NCBI GenBank assembly: GCA_002269645.1
Contig: NIVC01001396.1
Span: forward strand, 186,001 to 250,000
Direction of reading: 5' to 3'
Origin: Macrostomum lignano
Taxonomy: Eukaryota
Length of the DNA: 64,000 nucleotides
Below are positions 11,801 through 26,914 of this stretch, piece after piece. The position numbers and the translations under genes were made by a program. The notes beneath the pieces are model-generated. The model worked only from the letters and a program-made list of their open reading frames with translations. It was not told the origin of the DNA and made no database searches. How positions within the stretch are numbered: the first letter of the stretch is position 1; every line of letters starts with the position of its first letter.

Positions 11801-12399
11801 CTTAATTATTAGCCTATCTATTTCTATCCATATGACTTTCTGTCCTACATTCTCCTTATTATTCTCTAACTTACAAAGCATAATATTATTGTCCTTCTAT
11901 CTCTCAAGGGCAGTCGCTAAAAATATAGATTCCCAGATATAGAATTTCATGGCGTTTTTTGACATTTCTACTGTAATCAAAAAAGACATTGTGTGGGAAA
12001 TATATTCATTCGTAGCAGATATTGTCTACCCTTTCAGATCACTAAAATATATGAATCTGTCTGTTAGAGTACAATCCGCTGGGTTGAGCGTGCCTTTTGT
12101 TTACATATCTTTTATTGACTGCAGAATCAATCGATCGCCAGTTTGGTGCTTGAAAAACCAGAGACTTCTGCCAGAGCTGAATGGATATTAACAACAGGCA
12201 ACTTGAAAAACTATCATTTTGTTTGTTGAAAATCGATGGCTTCGTGAGCAGGACTGAGTTGAATAGTAGCTAAGGATGAGGGACGCCTGGTAGCTAGCTA
12301 ATGACGTTTTAGTGGATTGGAGTCTACCCTGCAGAATCTCTGTAAGAAGCACGAAGATGGATATTGACAAAATGTCCCATTGGCATTGTTACTGAGATA

Positions 12400-13585
12400 G
12401 GAGTGTCAGGTTGACGGAGTGTCAGATTGAAGGAGTGTCAGGCTGACGGAGTGTCAGGTTGACGGAGTGTCAGGTTGACGGAGTGTCAGGTTGACGGAGT
12501 GTCAGGTTGACGGAGTGTCAGATTGAAGGAGTGTCAGGTTGACGGAGTGTCAGGTTGACGGAGTGTCAGGTTGACGGAGTGTCAGGTTGACGGAGTGTCA
12601 GGTTGACGGAGTGTCAGGTTGACGGAGTGTCAGGTTGACGGAGTGTCAGGTTGACGGAGTGTCAGGTTGACGGTGCGTCAGGTTGACGGAGTGTCAGGTT
12701 GAAGGAGTGTCAGGTTGACGGAGTGTCAGGTTGAAGGAGTGTCAGGTTGAAGGAGTGTCAGGTTGACGGAGTGTCAGGTTGAAAGAGTGTCAGGTTGAAT
12801 GAGTGTCAGGTTGAAAGAGTGTCAGGTTGACAGTGTGTCAGGTTGACGGTGCGTCAGGTTGACGGAGTGTCAGGTTGAAGGAGCGTCAGGTTGAAAGAGT
12901 GTCAGGTTGACGGTGCGTCAGGTTGACGGAGTGTCAGGTTGAACGAGTGTCAGGTTGAAAGAGTGTCAGGTAGACATTGTCAGGTTAAAGGAGTGTCAGT
13001 TTGAAGGAGCGTCAGTTTGACTGAGTGTCAGGTTGAAGGAGTGTCAGGTAGCCGTTGTCAGATTGAAGGAGTGTCAGGTTGAAGGAGTGTCAGGTTGAAG
13101 GAGTGTCAGGTTGACGGAGTGTCAGGTTGAACGAGTGTCAGGTTGAAAGAGTGTCAGGTAGACATTGTCAGGTTAAAGGAGTGTCAGTTTGAAGGAGCGT
13201 CAGTTTGACTGAGTGTCAGGTTGAAGGAGTGTCAGGTAGCCGTTGTCAGATTGAAGGAGTGTCAGGTTGAAGGAGTGTCAGGTTGAAGGAGTGTCAGGTT
13301 GACGGAGTGTCAGGTTGAAGGAGTGTCAGGTTGAAGGAGTGTCAGGTTGACGGAGTGTCAGGTTGAAGGAGTGTCAGGTTGAAGGAGTGTCAGGTTGACT
13401 GAGTGTCAGGTTGAAGGAGTGTCAGGTAGCCGTTGTCAGATTGAAGGAGTGTCAGGTTGAAGGAGTGTCAGGTTGAAGGAGTGTCAGGTTGACGGAGTGT
13501 CAGGTTGAAGGAGTGTCAGGTTGAAGGAGTGTCAGGTTGACTGAGTGTCAGGTTGACGGTGCGTCAGGTTGACGAAATGTCAGAT
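12400..13585. repeat. 16-bp minisatellite (GGAGTGTCAGGTTGA[CA])
   Basis: About 70 units. A higher-order block containing GTAGACATTGTC / GTAGCCGTTGTC variants recurs (~12940-13080 vs ~13130-13270). Confidence 0.95.
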
Positions 13586-14798
13586 AGAAAAATCATGGCA
13601 TGCAGATAGACTAAGCGTCAGATGATAAGCAGACAGGCAGATCAGCTAGACAATATCTGAGCTTTGAGCAGACTTTTTTGGCCATAAACTGAACGGTGTT
13701 TGCCAGTTGATTTTGTATTAAAGGGGATTAACAGCTGTTTTTGATGGCGTACTTTGCAATACTGTATTAATATTCAAGTCTCTTGTCAGATCAAATCAGA
13801 AACGGTGTGGACCTGAAGTCATCAATTTGATTGCGTGTAGGATTAGAAACGCGTGTGAGGCTGGTTGTGTCAGAAAGCAAATAACCCGGCCATCAGATTG
13901 ATACATTATTAATGCAATTTCGGCCATGGATCAGGCACTGCATTTAAGGACGTTTACTAAAAATTAAATTAATTTGATTAAGAAGAATTAACAAGATATT
14001 TGACTGCTGTGTGCCTAGTAATCAGCTTAGCATAGAGCTGTTGATTTCAAATTTAAAGTCTATTTTATCAAAATGTGACGCCTATGAACTTTTTGCTGAC
14101 GCGGGCTGCCTGCGCACTTGTTTCGGCGCTTCACCTTCAACTCTAGCCGATTTTAGCTGGTCGCCAGTCGATTGGCTGGGGCGCCCCTCGCTCTCTCTCT
14201 CCCTCTCTCTCTCTTCCCCCACCCGAGAATTTCTGCGCGCCGATTGGCCAGTCCTCCCTGCCCCTTTTTTCTCTTTTCCCCTTTCTCTGTAACCCTCCCC
14301 CCTCCTGGTCCAGATTATCAGCTCTACCCTGCGCAGGTTGCTGATTGGCTGGGCTTGGCTGCAGTCTGCTCTCTTTCCCCCTTTCCTCAGCTGTCCCCTC
14401 TCTTACCCTTGAACTCGTGTGGCGACACCTTAAAGCCTCGTTCATTCCGCTTTCGAATAAGGCCAAATTTCGTGTGATCACACAACGTGTACATCCATTT
14501 TGTTTCGTGTGATTTGGTCGGCTCATTTCGATGGCAGTGTGAATATGCCTTAAGAATCGGCCTTAGCTCTGCTCTGTACCGTGTTGATGGTCTCTTTAGC
14601 TCTTCTCTTCAAACAAAGTTACGTTGTCTTTGACTTAATTATTTAGATCCTAGCTATTCATACTTTACCTGTTTGAACATATCCACGTAGACATTTCGGT
14701 ACGCACACACGTAATTTGGCATCGAAAACAAACCCGTTCACAAGCTCGACAAGTTTCATGTCAATTTAAGGGCAACCCCAATGAAAACAAGCGCTCAC

Positions 14799-15311
14799 CT
14801 GCGGCAGGCTCACGATGCAGCTGCCAGCCCAGGCTCCGGTCAGCAGCCGGCGTCTCAGCCGGTCCTGTCGAACTCCGCCATAGCTGAACGGGTGCGTCAC
14901 CGCCCTGGACCGATCCACCGCTATCGCCATGGTAACAAAAGTGGACGAGGCCAGAGCCACGCACTGCAGAAATTTGAACAGGCGGCACATCCAGTCTCCG
15001 GCAATCCATTCCACCGACAGGAACCAAAGCGCGTCACCAAGTAGGCAGAAAATCGCCACAAAAATGTCGGACACCAGCAGGTGCTGAATCAGGTGATTCG
15101 CTGCCGGCTGGTTCCGAGCTTTGCGCTGCTCAGTTACTATGCACAGAGTTCGACAGTTGGACATCAACGCAAAGGCGAATAGAAGCAGAAGGACGGCAAC
15201 CTGGGCCATGCTCCACTGAGTCAAGGTGGGCATCGGCGGCAGAGTGGTGGTTGCCCCGCCGAAACCCGTTGGCCCAGTGGCATTGTCAATGATAGCTGAG
15301 TTTGTGTTCAT
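14799..15311 (-). CDS. Same GPCR, exon 1 (N-terminus, TM1-TM4)
   Basis: ATG at 15311; N-glycosylation sequon NAT; HLLVSDIFVAIF (TM2); WIAGDWMCRLFKFLQ; AVDRS (DRY variant); ends SLPQ|gtgagc (phase 0, matches exon 2). Confidence 0.93.
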
Positions 15312-15889
15312 TATTGATTAGAAGCTCTACCTCTTAAAGTTGCTTTAGTCTAGAAGCCAGGCCAGTTTTCATCAGACGAAATGGTTTTTATGCTGATGAA
15401 ACAACAGTTATGACTATTCCTTAGCGGGAGAGATCTCCATGTTTGATTTCATTGGCTGCGGGGATGCAGAAGGAAGGAAATGCATTAGGGTTGGTTTAGC
15501 CATGAATTGCAGAAGTCATCCCAAAAGCTGTGTAAAGAGACATCGGTCGATATGAAATGGAGGCTGGCGGCACTGAGGCTGCTATGTGTTGTTGGCTGCA
15601 TGGCATGAAACTGTTGTGGTCAAACACAGTGCGCGCTAAAAAAATTTCCATTTCGCATTCTTGGTGTTGCCTTGTCGTGCGACGGTTTAGCGGCAGTAGC
15701 TATAGCATTAAATCAATATCCCAAGACTTCAAGTGCATTCCTGCACCACTGAGAAAAACTTTTAAAAACCACGTACCGACTTTAAAGTACTTTATTAAAT
15801 ACTGTCTACCACGTGTTATATCCTATTTCGCGACGGGGAAGGGCAAGAGGTGCCGCGACCCCCTTTCACCCATTGGCAGGCAAAATTAT

Positions 15890-16380
15890 TTGGTGCTGGC
15901 GCCCATGGTGCTGGCGAGCATGGTGCTGGCGCCCATGTGCTGGCGCCCCGTGTTCTGGCGCCCCTGGTGCTAAAGACCCTGTTGCTAAAGCCCCTGGTGC
16001 TAAATCCCCTGGTGCTAAATCCCCTGGTGCTAAAGCCCCTGGTGCTAAATCCCTTGGTGCTAAAGCCCCTGGTGCTAAAGCCCCTGGTGCTAAAGCCCCT
16101 GGTGCTAAATCCCCTGGTGCTAAATCCCTTGGTGCTAAAGCCCCTGGTGCTAAAGCCCCTGGTGCTAAAGCCCCTGGTTCTAAAGCCCCTGGTGCTAAAT
16201 CCCCTGGTGCTAAATCCCTTGGTGCTAAAGCCCCTGGTGCTAAAGCCCCTGGTGCTAAAGCCCCTGGTGCTAAAGCCCCTGGTGCTAAAGCCCCTGGTGC
16301 TAAATCCCCTGGTGCTAAATCCCTTGGTGCTAAATCCCTTGGTGCTAAAGCCCCTGGTGCTAAAATCCTAGTGCTGGTGC
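15890..16380. repeat. 15-bp minisatellite (GGTGCTAAAGCCCCT / GGTGCTGGCGCCCCT), copy 1
   Basis: Source of the AKAPG / KPLVL pseudo-ORFs. Same family as 50139-51032. Confidence 0.95.
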
Positions 16381-17595
16381 TTGCAGCAACTTCCCTAGGC
16401 TAGACAAAAAAATAAATTTGGCTTAAATTAGCACCCCATAAATATGATTGAAACAATAATTATTGACAGGAAACCTGCAAGCGCCCTGACAAAACGCCTT
16501 CGACGACATTGTCCAAGGACTAAAGCTGACGACAAATCTGCCCATTTCGCTGACTCGTGTACATCAGCCCTGGCTTTCTCTAATCGTCATGGGAATGTAC
16601 ACTCTCCGTGCCTTTTGGGTTGCATGGTCCTTTTGGTTGTGAATTGCATGTCAACCTCCCTGCAGGCCAACATTTTCGCCGCACAAGGCCCAAATGAAAG
16701 TGGCAGCGCAGGGATAGTAAAAATTGCAATTCAGCATCCAGTGATAGATTATTAATTTTCCCCAGTAGTTTCGTTGGTTTTGTTTTAATTAAAAAAATGC
16801 TTCTGCGCGTAGACGACAGTCACAAACTGGGACAGAAAAAAAGTTTCAATTCAATTCTCAGGCAGTCACGATTTAAATCAAACAATTGAAATTAAATTTG
16901 CAGATGTCTGTAGATTTTTTATGGTGGCAAAGGCCACTCGTCAAATTTAATCTAGATTATCGAGAGGCCGTGAGTTAGGATATAGGGTTAGGGTATTGGT
17001 CGCTAGTCCATTGTTGTCACATGCAGGCTGACTGCTTACTGACTGCTTAGAAGTGCTCAGGACGGATTATAGAGTAGCTACCCGGAAGTGCTCAGACGAG
17101 TCTAGACCGCAAGCAAACAAGAAAAGTTCTCAAGGATGCATTAGACAGGATAAATATGAACATGGCTATGATGCGATCAATAATCGGGTTTAGTGGGGGA
17201 GGGGGGTATCCGAGGCCCGTAGTAAAAAATGAAAAACATTTCAGTGTAATAAAACGCTGCCCAGATGAAGGGGATAAAGTGATCAACACCGACTGAGCTT
17301 CTTCTTTGTGAACGATTTGCAAGGGCGACAGACAGAGGTGAGGCAAAATTTTTCAAGACAAAGCAGAAAGACAGGCAGTAGCGATTCCCAGCTATTTAAG
17401 CGCTGTCTAATCCTGCTGTAAAACTGGATACCCCCTGTCCATCTGTCTTTGAAGGAACTGAAAGGAATATCTGATTGCTAATGGAACAATAACCTGCACA
17501 GTGCACTTTTCTTCTGGTCAATATTCAGCTGTAAACATTGTTGATTCTTAACAAAAAATATAAAAACAATTCTGGTAAGCATACCAACACGCCTG

Positions 17596-18600
<1,005 letters not shown>

Positions 18601-19922
18601 TCATTATGTCTGTTTGTCTGTCAGTCTATCGGTCTGTCTGTCTGTCTGCTTTAGTGTCTGTTCAAGTAGTGTTGTGGTCTGTCTCTCTTTTTTGACTCTA
18701 TGTTAATCTATAAAGTAATAAAAACCACCGGTACTAAAAACTTCTTTCTAGCAATGCTCAGCTGACACTATAGCTCATGATACCAGATTAGAAAAAAATG
18801 ATGTGCTTGGCAAAGTGGTTTTAAGCACAAACTGAATTTTCATGCCAGCCAGGCAGAGGCCGAGACGGAATTAATACAATGAACAAACTGGCCACTCTCT
18901 TCTCTTGCATTTAATTAATTTTCAGATGCTCTTCATCTGTTGAATCTCAGTTGGGGGTGGGGCTATAGCTTTGTCTTAGTTAATTCATTTTTAATGCACT
19001 TTTCAGTTGCTTTTAGCGGTTGCTCATTCTTTTTCTTATTGTCAGCTAACAAGGGCTGTCTGTTAACTGATTTCGCAGTGACAGAAGCACTTATTTTGAT
19101 GAAAAATCTTTAACATTCGGAGCATTTCAATGGCGAATGAATCATTTCAGTCTGGACTGATCCAGATTAGGTTTGTAAAACAATAGTGCTGATGGAGACA
19201 CGGGCTCCGGGTTAACACACAAAAAAACTAAAAACCTGCAGAGGCTCTGGCTTTCTAATCGTCAGGCTGTGTACACTCTCTGTACTTTGGTTGGGGGGGG
19301 GGGGGGGTTCTCAAGCAGAAGGACGGGAAAGCTCGTTCCTTGCATGGTAAATTTTAGGTGGCAGCAGGTAAGGTCTTACCGAAAAATACATTACGTTTCG
19401 TAGATACGAGGTTCTTATATTTCAGCACAAAAATTGTTACTGCTTTTGATACCAGGCAGACCTAATGTTCAGGTTTTAATGCCTGAAAAGTCATATGAAA
19501 ATGTCCATCTCGACATTTTATGAATCTATTTTATCATTATGTCACATATTTTGTTACATAGTCATTAGGCAAAGAATAATCCTAATTTTCTAAAAAAAAG
19601 CTTTAAAAATAGCAATAGCGCTGTGAAAAATGAAAGCTTCCTAATTTCCCGTCCCACTTGAATAGTCATTGGTATTTAGTATGCTCCTCTAGAGAGAACG
19701 CACAGCGCTGGGTGGGATTTATCCATGGGGTGTTCCAGTTCATTTCTAAGAAAATGAAGTATAACGATTTTATTATAGGCAGGGGGGTTGTGTGTACCCT
19801 GATGCACTTTAAGCGACATTGTCGCACAACCGGTGAGAGGCATTGCTGTCCATTCCGCCGACTCCCCCTGAGCAGGCGCACAAGCGCGCGGATACGTACG
19901 CAGTCACACGCACAGGCACACA

Positions 19923-20160
19923 CTCACACAGGAGTGTACAGCGGCCCTAACTTTATTTATCGTTAGGCATGTACACTTCACTGTGCCTTGGGGGTTGGCC
20001 TTCCGCAGGGGCGTTAATTGCGCGATCAGAGCCAAGCCGAGATTTCGATTTATCACTAAATTAATGACTGACTGCACTGTAGGAATCGAGCCTGGGCGGC
20101 CACGGAGTCCATGGTCAGAACGGGGCTTGGATGCAATCAGACAGACCAGCTGGTCAAGCC
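19923..20160 (-). mobile_element. Possible second SINE-like dispersed repeat (longest copy); shorter copies at 8613-8690, 16557-16622, 19240-19295, 59112-59180
   Basis: Shared core GTGTACA..GCCCT..TTTCTAATCGTCAGG.ATGTACACTCTCTGTGCCTTGGG. The minus strand of 20060-20160 has A-box-like GGCTTGACCAGCTGG and B-box-like GGCTCGATTCC. Confidence 0.5.
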
Positions 20161-20772
20161 TATCTATTTTATAACAGTAGGGATTATATAAATGTGTGCG
20201 AGAATTGATTGCTATGAGTCTCTAAGGTTTTCGAATATATGTGTATTTAGACCCGAAAAATAAATTAAAAACAGAGTCAGGAGAGTAGAATCCCATAATA
20301 CTGATGAGACAGCAAGTTCCATATTGCAATAGTGCTTCATCTCTGTGCCTGTTTATTGCTATATGCAATTGATGCATGATATGTACCCACAAATTTCAGC
20401 CTCTCGCGTCATAACACGAGTAGCTATACATAAAACCCAGCTATAGAAAGCATATATATAGTAGTAGTGCACGCATGAATATGCACTTAGTCATATATAG
20501 ATCCAAATTTTGTGCAAACATTTGTCACACCTCCAAGCTCTCGTGTTTGCCCGGCAGAAGCTCCGCAGTCTGCAGTCCGACAGCCTCTCAGTCTCTTGCC
20601 CTTATGCTTACATAGCTGGTCGCTTGTCAACCTGGTTAAGCCTAAAGCTTTGACACTGAGGGACTCAATATAAAGCAATTGCCAGCTGGGCGAAAGATCA
20701 TGGACTGCTTCAAGGAGAATCTGGATTGGAGTGCCAATGCCAACTCCTCAGTCAGGTCGTTTTATTATAATT

Positions 20773-21330
<558 letters not shown>

Positions 21331-22048
21331 CGTCAGGGCACAGCATGATGACTTGGCAGTTAAAAGCCGCTAGTCCAGTTTCTAGTTGAAAATCTCCTTG
21401 GAAAGACCTGAAAGATGGACAGATTGAGCCGAGCGTACTCCGAGACCCAGTCCGGTTTTATTGTTCCAAATCAAAAACCAGCTTGCTGCATGAGTCTGGG
21501 GCTGAGTTGTAGTTAGCCATTAACCAACCACACAATGCTAACGTGTGTCCACTAACGGAAGTTTTTGCGCATTGGCTTAAGGAAAGTATTTTTTTTTCCA
21601 GCTCAACTTCTCTCCTGCATTTCTGTAGACTCGCAGTTTTCTTTCTGTTACGAAGAAACAGAATTTGTGTCAGCACGTATAAGTGCTGCTTCTAAAAGAA
21701 AAGAAAAAGAGGCACTCAGGTGTGCAGAAGAGCTAGAACAGAGTGAAGACACACGAGCTAAAAGGAGACGGGCCAGCCAACCAACTCAGCTGAGCTCTCC
21801 AGTTGTGGCCAGTCAAGCCATTGTAAAACCTGCCATCTCCCACCAGCCCCCCTAAAAACTCAGCTTTAAGAGGAGCTCAGCTAATTATGAATTATTAATC
21901 GTTAGGCCAACGCTTTCCTTCCACCCATCTCTGTTCCCAACTTGCTGCTGCTGCTACTCCCGGACTACAAAATTGATTACAAAAATGCTTTACCGCGGCT
22001 AGTCCAGTCTGTCCCCGCTTACCTGCTTCTCCGGATCTGCTTGGAAGT

Positions 22049-22600
22049 ATGAAAGCCAACGATGATGAGGAACCAAGCGCTGAGGCTGCAGAGGACGAAG
22101 CGCGATCACCCACGCTGAGTCCGCGAAAGTCGTTGGTCCTGGAACAGGTGCGCGCAGCGACTGCAGCTGCTGCCTGCCCAGTTCTCAGCGAAGTTCAGCG
22201 ACTCCTACCGAAAGGATTTCCTCAGCCGGACGCTTCTGATGTTCGGCAGTTTCACCTGGCTATTCAGGACCACTGCTGGCGCCTGGTGCACCGCCTCGCG
22301 GCCCAGTATCCCACAATTGTGCTACACCATCACTTCGACGAGCCGCCTCTGATCTGCGCAATCCGTAGCGGTTGGGAGGACATGGCGCTCTTCCTGGTGC
22401 AGCACGGAGCCTCTGTACGCTGCTCTAAGATGCTCTTCGACAGTCGTCCGGCTGAGCAGCCGAACTCAACGCCAAGTTACGACTGGTACGAAGTGTCCGC
22501 TAGGGAGTTGGCGTACGAGAAACGAATGTTGGAACTATTGGAGATTTTGGACTATTTGACTGGGAACTACTTTGCCTACTTGAAACCGCCTGTCATTGCT
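22049..22600 (+). CDS. Ankyrin-repeat protein, main exon (true start may lie slightly upstream)
   Basis: Non-repetitive 184-codon frame with the ankyrin-like motif DEPPLICAIRSGWEDMALFLVQHGASV and a second degenerate repeat SARELAYEKRMLELLEIL. It ends at donor GCT|gtgagt (phase 0). The frame is open from 21977. Confidence 0.65.
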
Positions 22601-22662
22601 GTGAGTTCGTCTTCTACAAAACTAAAAATTTAAAACAGATTTTACTACTAGAGCTAAGTAAA

Positions 22663-22895
22663 CAGTAATAATAATAATGACGCCTGTCCGAATGGCTAGA
22701 TATGCAACCGACAGCTCAGCCGGAGCTATTGCGCGGGGGCTAATGCTAGCACCCATTTTACAGCTGGGTAAACTGAATCAATGCAGAGTTAAGTTGTCTT
22801 GCTCAAGGACACAAATTGTACCGAATGGATCGAGAATCGAACCCCCGACCTTCAAGTAGTGAGTCCGACGCTCTAAATCACTTAGGCTACAACAG
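22663..22895 (-). mobile_element. tRNA-derived CORE-like SINE, copy A
   Basis: Reverse complement: GTTGTAGCCTAAGTG (A box), GGTTCGATTCTCG (B box), TGTGTCCTTGAGCAAGACAACTTAACTCTGC...CAGCTGTAAAATGGG (resembles the MIR/CORE domain), and an (ATT)n tail. Homologous to 49121-49392. Confidence 0.8.
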
Positions 22896-22956
22896 TAACA
22901 AAGTAAACAAAGACCTTCACTAAGACGGCAGGCGATATCAAATCGTCGTTTATCTA

Positions 22957-23015
22957 CTCTCTCTCTCTCTTTCTCTCTCCCTCCCTCTCTCTCTCTCTTT
23001 CTCTCTCTCCCTCCC

Positions 23016-23066
<51 letters not shown>

Positions 23067-23080
23067 CTCTCTCTTTCTCT
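22957..23080. repeat. (CT)n-rich microsatellite, start of duplicated block copy 1
   Basis: Its pattern of interruptions is repeated at 27000-27118. Confidence 0.95.
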
Positions 23081-24912
23081 AAAATTGATTATCAACATGA
23101 CAGCAGCCCCCGTCTTTGACTTAGACTACTCAGACCTCCCTTGTTGAGCTGCACGGAAGAATGAGAGGGGGGGGGGGGTCGTGAACATTCTGAAGGAAAC
23201 TTATCACTAGCCTTTCATTGCTGAATCATATCTGCATGACTGGCGTCAGCTGCGTTTGCAATCAACAAAGGTTTTTATTACCCCCTCCCCTAATAAACTA
23301 GCTAGTAGTAATAACTAGGCTTTTCTTTGACAAGGGACAATGGAGCTCATTATAAAAATGACAGACAGAACGAAAGATATTGTTGCAATACTCGGTGTGC
23401 GACTGTAGTTGAGACACTGATCATGTGAGACTGACTGTAGGTGAGGCACTGATCATGTGAGACTGTGGGTGAGACACTGATCATGTGAGACTGTAGGTGA
23501 GACACTGATCATGTGAGACTGACTGTAGGTGAGGCACTGATCATGTGAAACTGACTGTAGGTGAGGCACTGATCATGTGAGACTGTGGGTGAGACACTGA
23601 TCATGTGAGACTGACTGTAGGTGGGACACTGATCATGTGAGACTGTGGGTGAGACACTGATCATGTGAGACTGACTGTAGGTGAGACACTGATCATGTGA
23701 GACTGACTGTAGGTGAGACACTGATCATGTGAGACTGTAGGTGAGACACTGATCATGTGAAACTGACTGTAGGTGAGACACTGATCATGTGAGACTGTGG
23801 GTGAGACACTGATCATGTGAGACTGTAGGTGAGACACTGATCATGTGAGACTGTAGTTGAGACACTGATCATGGGAGACTGTAGGTGAGACACTGATCAT
23901 GTGAGACTGTAGGTGAGACACTGATCATGTGAGACTGACTGTAGGTGAGGCACTGATCATGTGAAACTGACTGTAGGTGGGACACTGATCATGTGAGACT
24001 GTGGGTGAGACACTGATCATGTGAGACTGTGGGTGAGACACTGATCATGTGAGACTGACTGTAGGTGAGGCACTGATCATGTGAGACTGACTGTAGGTGA
24101 GACACTGATCATGTGAGACTGTAGGTGAGGCACTGATCATGTGAGACTGACTGTAGGTGAGGCACTGATCATGTGAGACTGACTGTAGGTGAGGCACTGA
24201 TCATGTGAGACTGACTGTAGGTGAGGCACTGATCATGTGAGACTGACTGTAGGTGAGGCACTGATCATGTGAGACTGACTGTAGGTGAGGCACTGATCAT
24301 GTGAGACTGACTGTAGGTGAGGCACTGATCATGTGAGACTGACTGTGGGTGAGACACTGATCATGTGAGACTGTAGGTGAGACACTGATCATGTGAGACT
24401 GTAGGTGAGACACTGATCATGTGAAACTGACTGTAGGTGAGGCACTGATCATGTGAGACTGTGGGTGAGACACTGATCATGTGAGACTGACTGTAGGTGA
24501 GGCACTGATCATGTGAGACTGTAGGTGAGACACTGATCATGTGAGACTGTGGGTGAGACACTGATCATGTGAGACTGACTGTATGTGAGACACTGATCAT
24601 TTGAGACTGACTGTAGGTGAGGCACTGATCATGTGAGACTGACTGTAGGTGAGGCACTGATCATGTGAAACTGACTGTAGGTGAGGCACTGATCATGTGA
24701 GACTGTGGGTGAGACACTGATCATGTGAGACTGTGGGTGAGACACTGATCATGTGAGACTGTGGGTGAGACACTGATCATGTGAGACTGTGGGTGAGACA
24801 CTGATCATGTGAAACTGACTGTAGGTGAGACACTGATCATGTGAGACTGTGGGTGAGACACTGATCATGTGAGACTGTAGGTGAGACACTGATCATGTGA
24901 GACTGTGGGTGA
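22970..24912 (+). repeat. Direct segmental duplication, copy 1 (copy 2 ~27010-28900), flanking the Penelope-like element
   Basis: The unique 320-bp segment 23081-23400 equals 27119-27434 apart from a G12 vs G8 run. Rare satellite variants (GAAACT, GTGGGAC, CATGGGAG) follow in the same order at an offset of ~4.0 kb. Confidence 0.9.
23401..24912. repeat. 28/32-bp satellite, left block (GAGACT[GACT]GT[AG]GGTGAG[AG]CACTGATCATGT)
   Basis: Direct observation. Source of the QSHMISVSPTVSHDQCLT pseudo-ORFs. Confidence 0.98.
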
Positions 24913-26537
24913 GTCTTTGTCCCGGAGAGAACTTCCGTCCCCGGCATTTCTACCTACTCCCAAAAATTCACAAGGACCCGGCCACCTGGCTGATCCCCTT
25001 TCGGGTCCCAGCAGGCAGACCTATCGTTAGCGGATGCAGTTCTGAAGCAATTGGGGCAGAAAAGTACATAGACTTCTTTCTAAAACCGATTGCCCAAGCG
25101 CAACCCACTTTCATTAAGGACTCCTATGACTTCAAGGCACACCTTTTGGATAAATGCTGCACGGAAGGTTCGACTCTGGCAACCTGTGATGTCCAGAGTC
25201 TGTACTCCATGATCCCTTTAGACCAGGGCATTGCAGCGATCCAGGAATTCTTTAACCGATACCCGGATCCCATTAGACCGGATGCTGAAATAATAAAGCT
25301 ACTGGAATTGTGTTTGTACAGGAATGACTTTGAATTTGACAAAATGATTTTCCTACAACTTAGAGGTACAGCCATGGGACGCATATTTGCGCCCAGCTAT
25401 GCCTGTCTCTTCATGAGCCTCTGGGAGGAAACTGCCCTGAGAACTGCTCTTTATAAGCCGAACATCTATTTTAGGTACATAGATGATATCTTCATTCACT
25501 GGGACCACCCGGCTGAAACTCTGACAGAATTTGTTGTACACCTAAATTCAATCAACCCCAACATCAAACTCACCGTCAGCTCCTCATCAACTGAGGTCAG
25601 TTTCCTTGACATGACCATCAGGAAAGCTGAAAACCGCTTCACAACACAACTGTTTTCAAAAGAAACAGACACTCATAGATTGTTGCACCGACAGTCCTTC
25701 CATCCGTCACACACCTTCAAGGGGGTAGTAAAATCCCAAATCCTTCGGTACGCTCGTATATGTGATGACTACAAGTCTTTCAACGATGCTTTCAATTCTT
25801 TAAAATCGGAACTCAAGCAATTAGGCTACTCGAAGATTTTTCTTAGAAACTGCAAAAAGGATGTCCTCATACTTATGAACTGGACTGCAGGACCAACGAC
25901 CAATCTGGGTCTGCTTCCCAAAGGGTTCCATCCCTGTGGGTCATCCCGCTGCAAATGCTGCACCCACTCACCGCCTGCTCTCTCCGCCCAGGGACTGAAA
26001 CCGGCTTCTGGTTTTTTAATCTCTCAGAGCCTGTCCTGTGGCTCCAAGAGCATCATCTATGGCATCTCCTGCAACCAGTGCCACCCTGGGAAAATCTTCT
26101 ATGTAGGGATGACTAGAAGAACAATGAGAGATAGAATGAACCAGCACAGGTCAAATATTAACAGGAGAGTCGTAACTTCGGGGTCTGAGCACTTTCTCAC
26201 CCCCAATCACTCGATTGCAAACTTTGTCTCCATTGCTATCGAACATGTTCTTAATAACAACAAAATCGAACTAAGGGAAGAAATCTGGATTAAAAAACTA
26301 GGGACTGACAAACCGCCAGGCACGAACATCAGGGTCGACAATCATCTTCTCCGACCCATCCCAATGGTCCTTCCTTTTCACCCATCTACGGTCTGGCTTG
26401 CCAACGAGATTGCTAAAAACTTTGATAAGCTACAAAATAAACCAGGCTCCCGCATACTGCCCGCTTTTACACGGCAACGTAACTTACAGAGCCTCCTGGC
26501 TCCCAATAAGTTCAAGTCTCAGCCAGGAAACATTTAA
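24913..26537 (+). CDS. PLE reverse transcriptase + GIY-YIG endonuclease (uninterrupted frame, N-terminus missing)
   Basis: RT motifs FYLLPKIHK, GRPIVS, DVQSLY, GTAMG, YFRYIDD, FLD. Thumb region H-P-x-H-T-F-K-G. Cys linker CGSSRCKCC. GIY-YIG motifs IIYGISCNQC...FYVGMT, RMNQHR, EHF..NH, REEIWI, GTN. The track start at 24897 is a GTG inside the satellite, not a real start. Confidence 0.95.
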
Positions 26538-26914
26538 TCATTTTAACCAATGCGCTATTTTTACCCTATTAAAGTACTCGTACAATATTTATTCACGTGT
26601 CATTTATTTTATTTTATTCAAACTGCTTAATTGTACGCTCAGTATTGATTTTTATGCTCCTACCCCCAATACCGGCATTTCATCTAATCGTATAGTATCG
26701 CATATCGCATAGTACTTCGAAATAACAATTTTTTTATTACAAATATACTGTCGTTTAAAATGAATGGTGGAAAGCCTCTGGGACAAGTTAGAGCTAGGCA
26801 AAACAGGGTTTTAAATGTACATCCCTCATATGTACAACTACTCATCAATTCTATCAGACTAAGAAAAATAATACTTAAAAGACCAACTTGCATTGCATGA
26901 CACACAGATTTTTT

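Noticed and set aside
10434-13585. 16-bp arrays at 10434-10752 and 12400-13585 as inverted arms of one element
   Set aside because: They share period and a GTGTC core in opposite orientation, but only about 9 of 16 positions match, and I found no TIR ends or TSD.
24897-24912. Satellite-provided start codon fusing to the PLE ORF
   Set aside because: The track start is GTG. The nearby ATG (24895) is out of frame and immediately followed by TGA.
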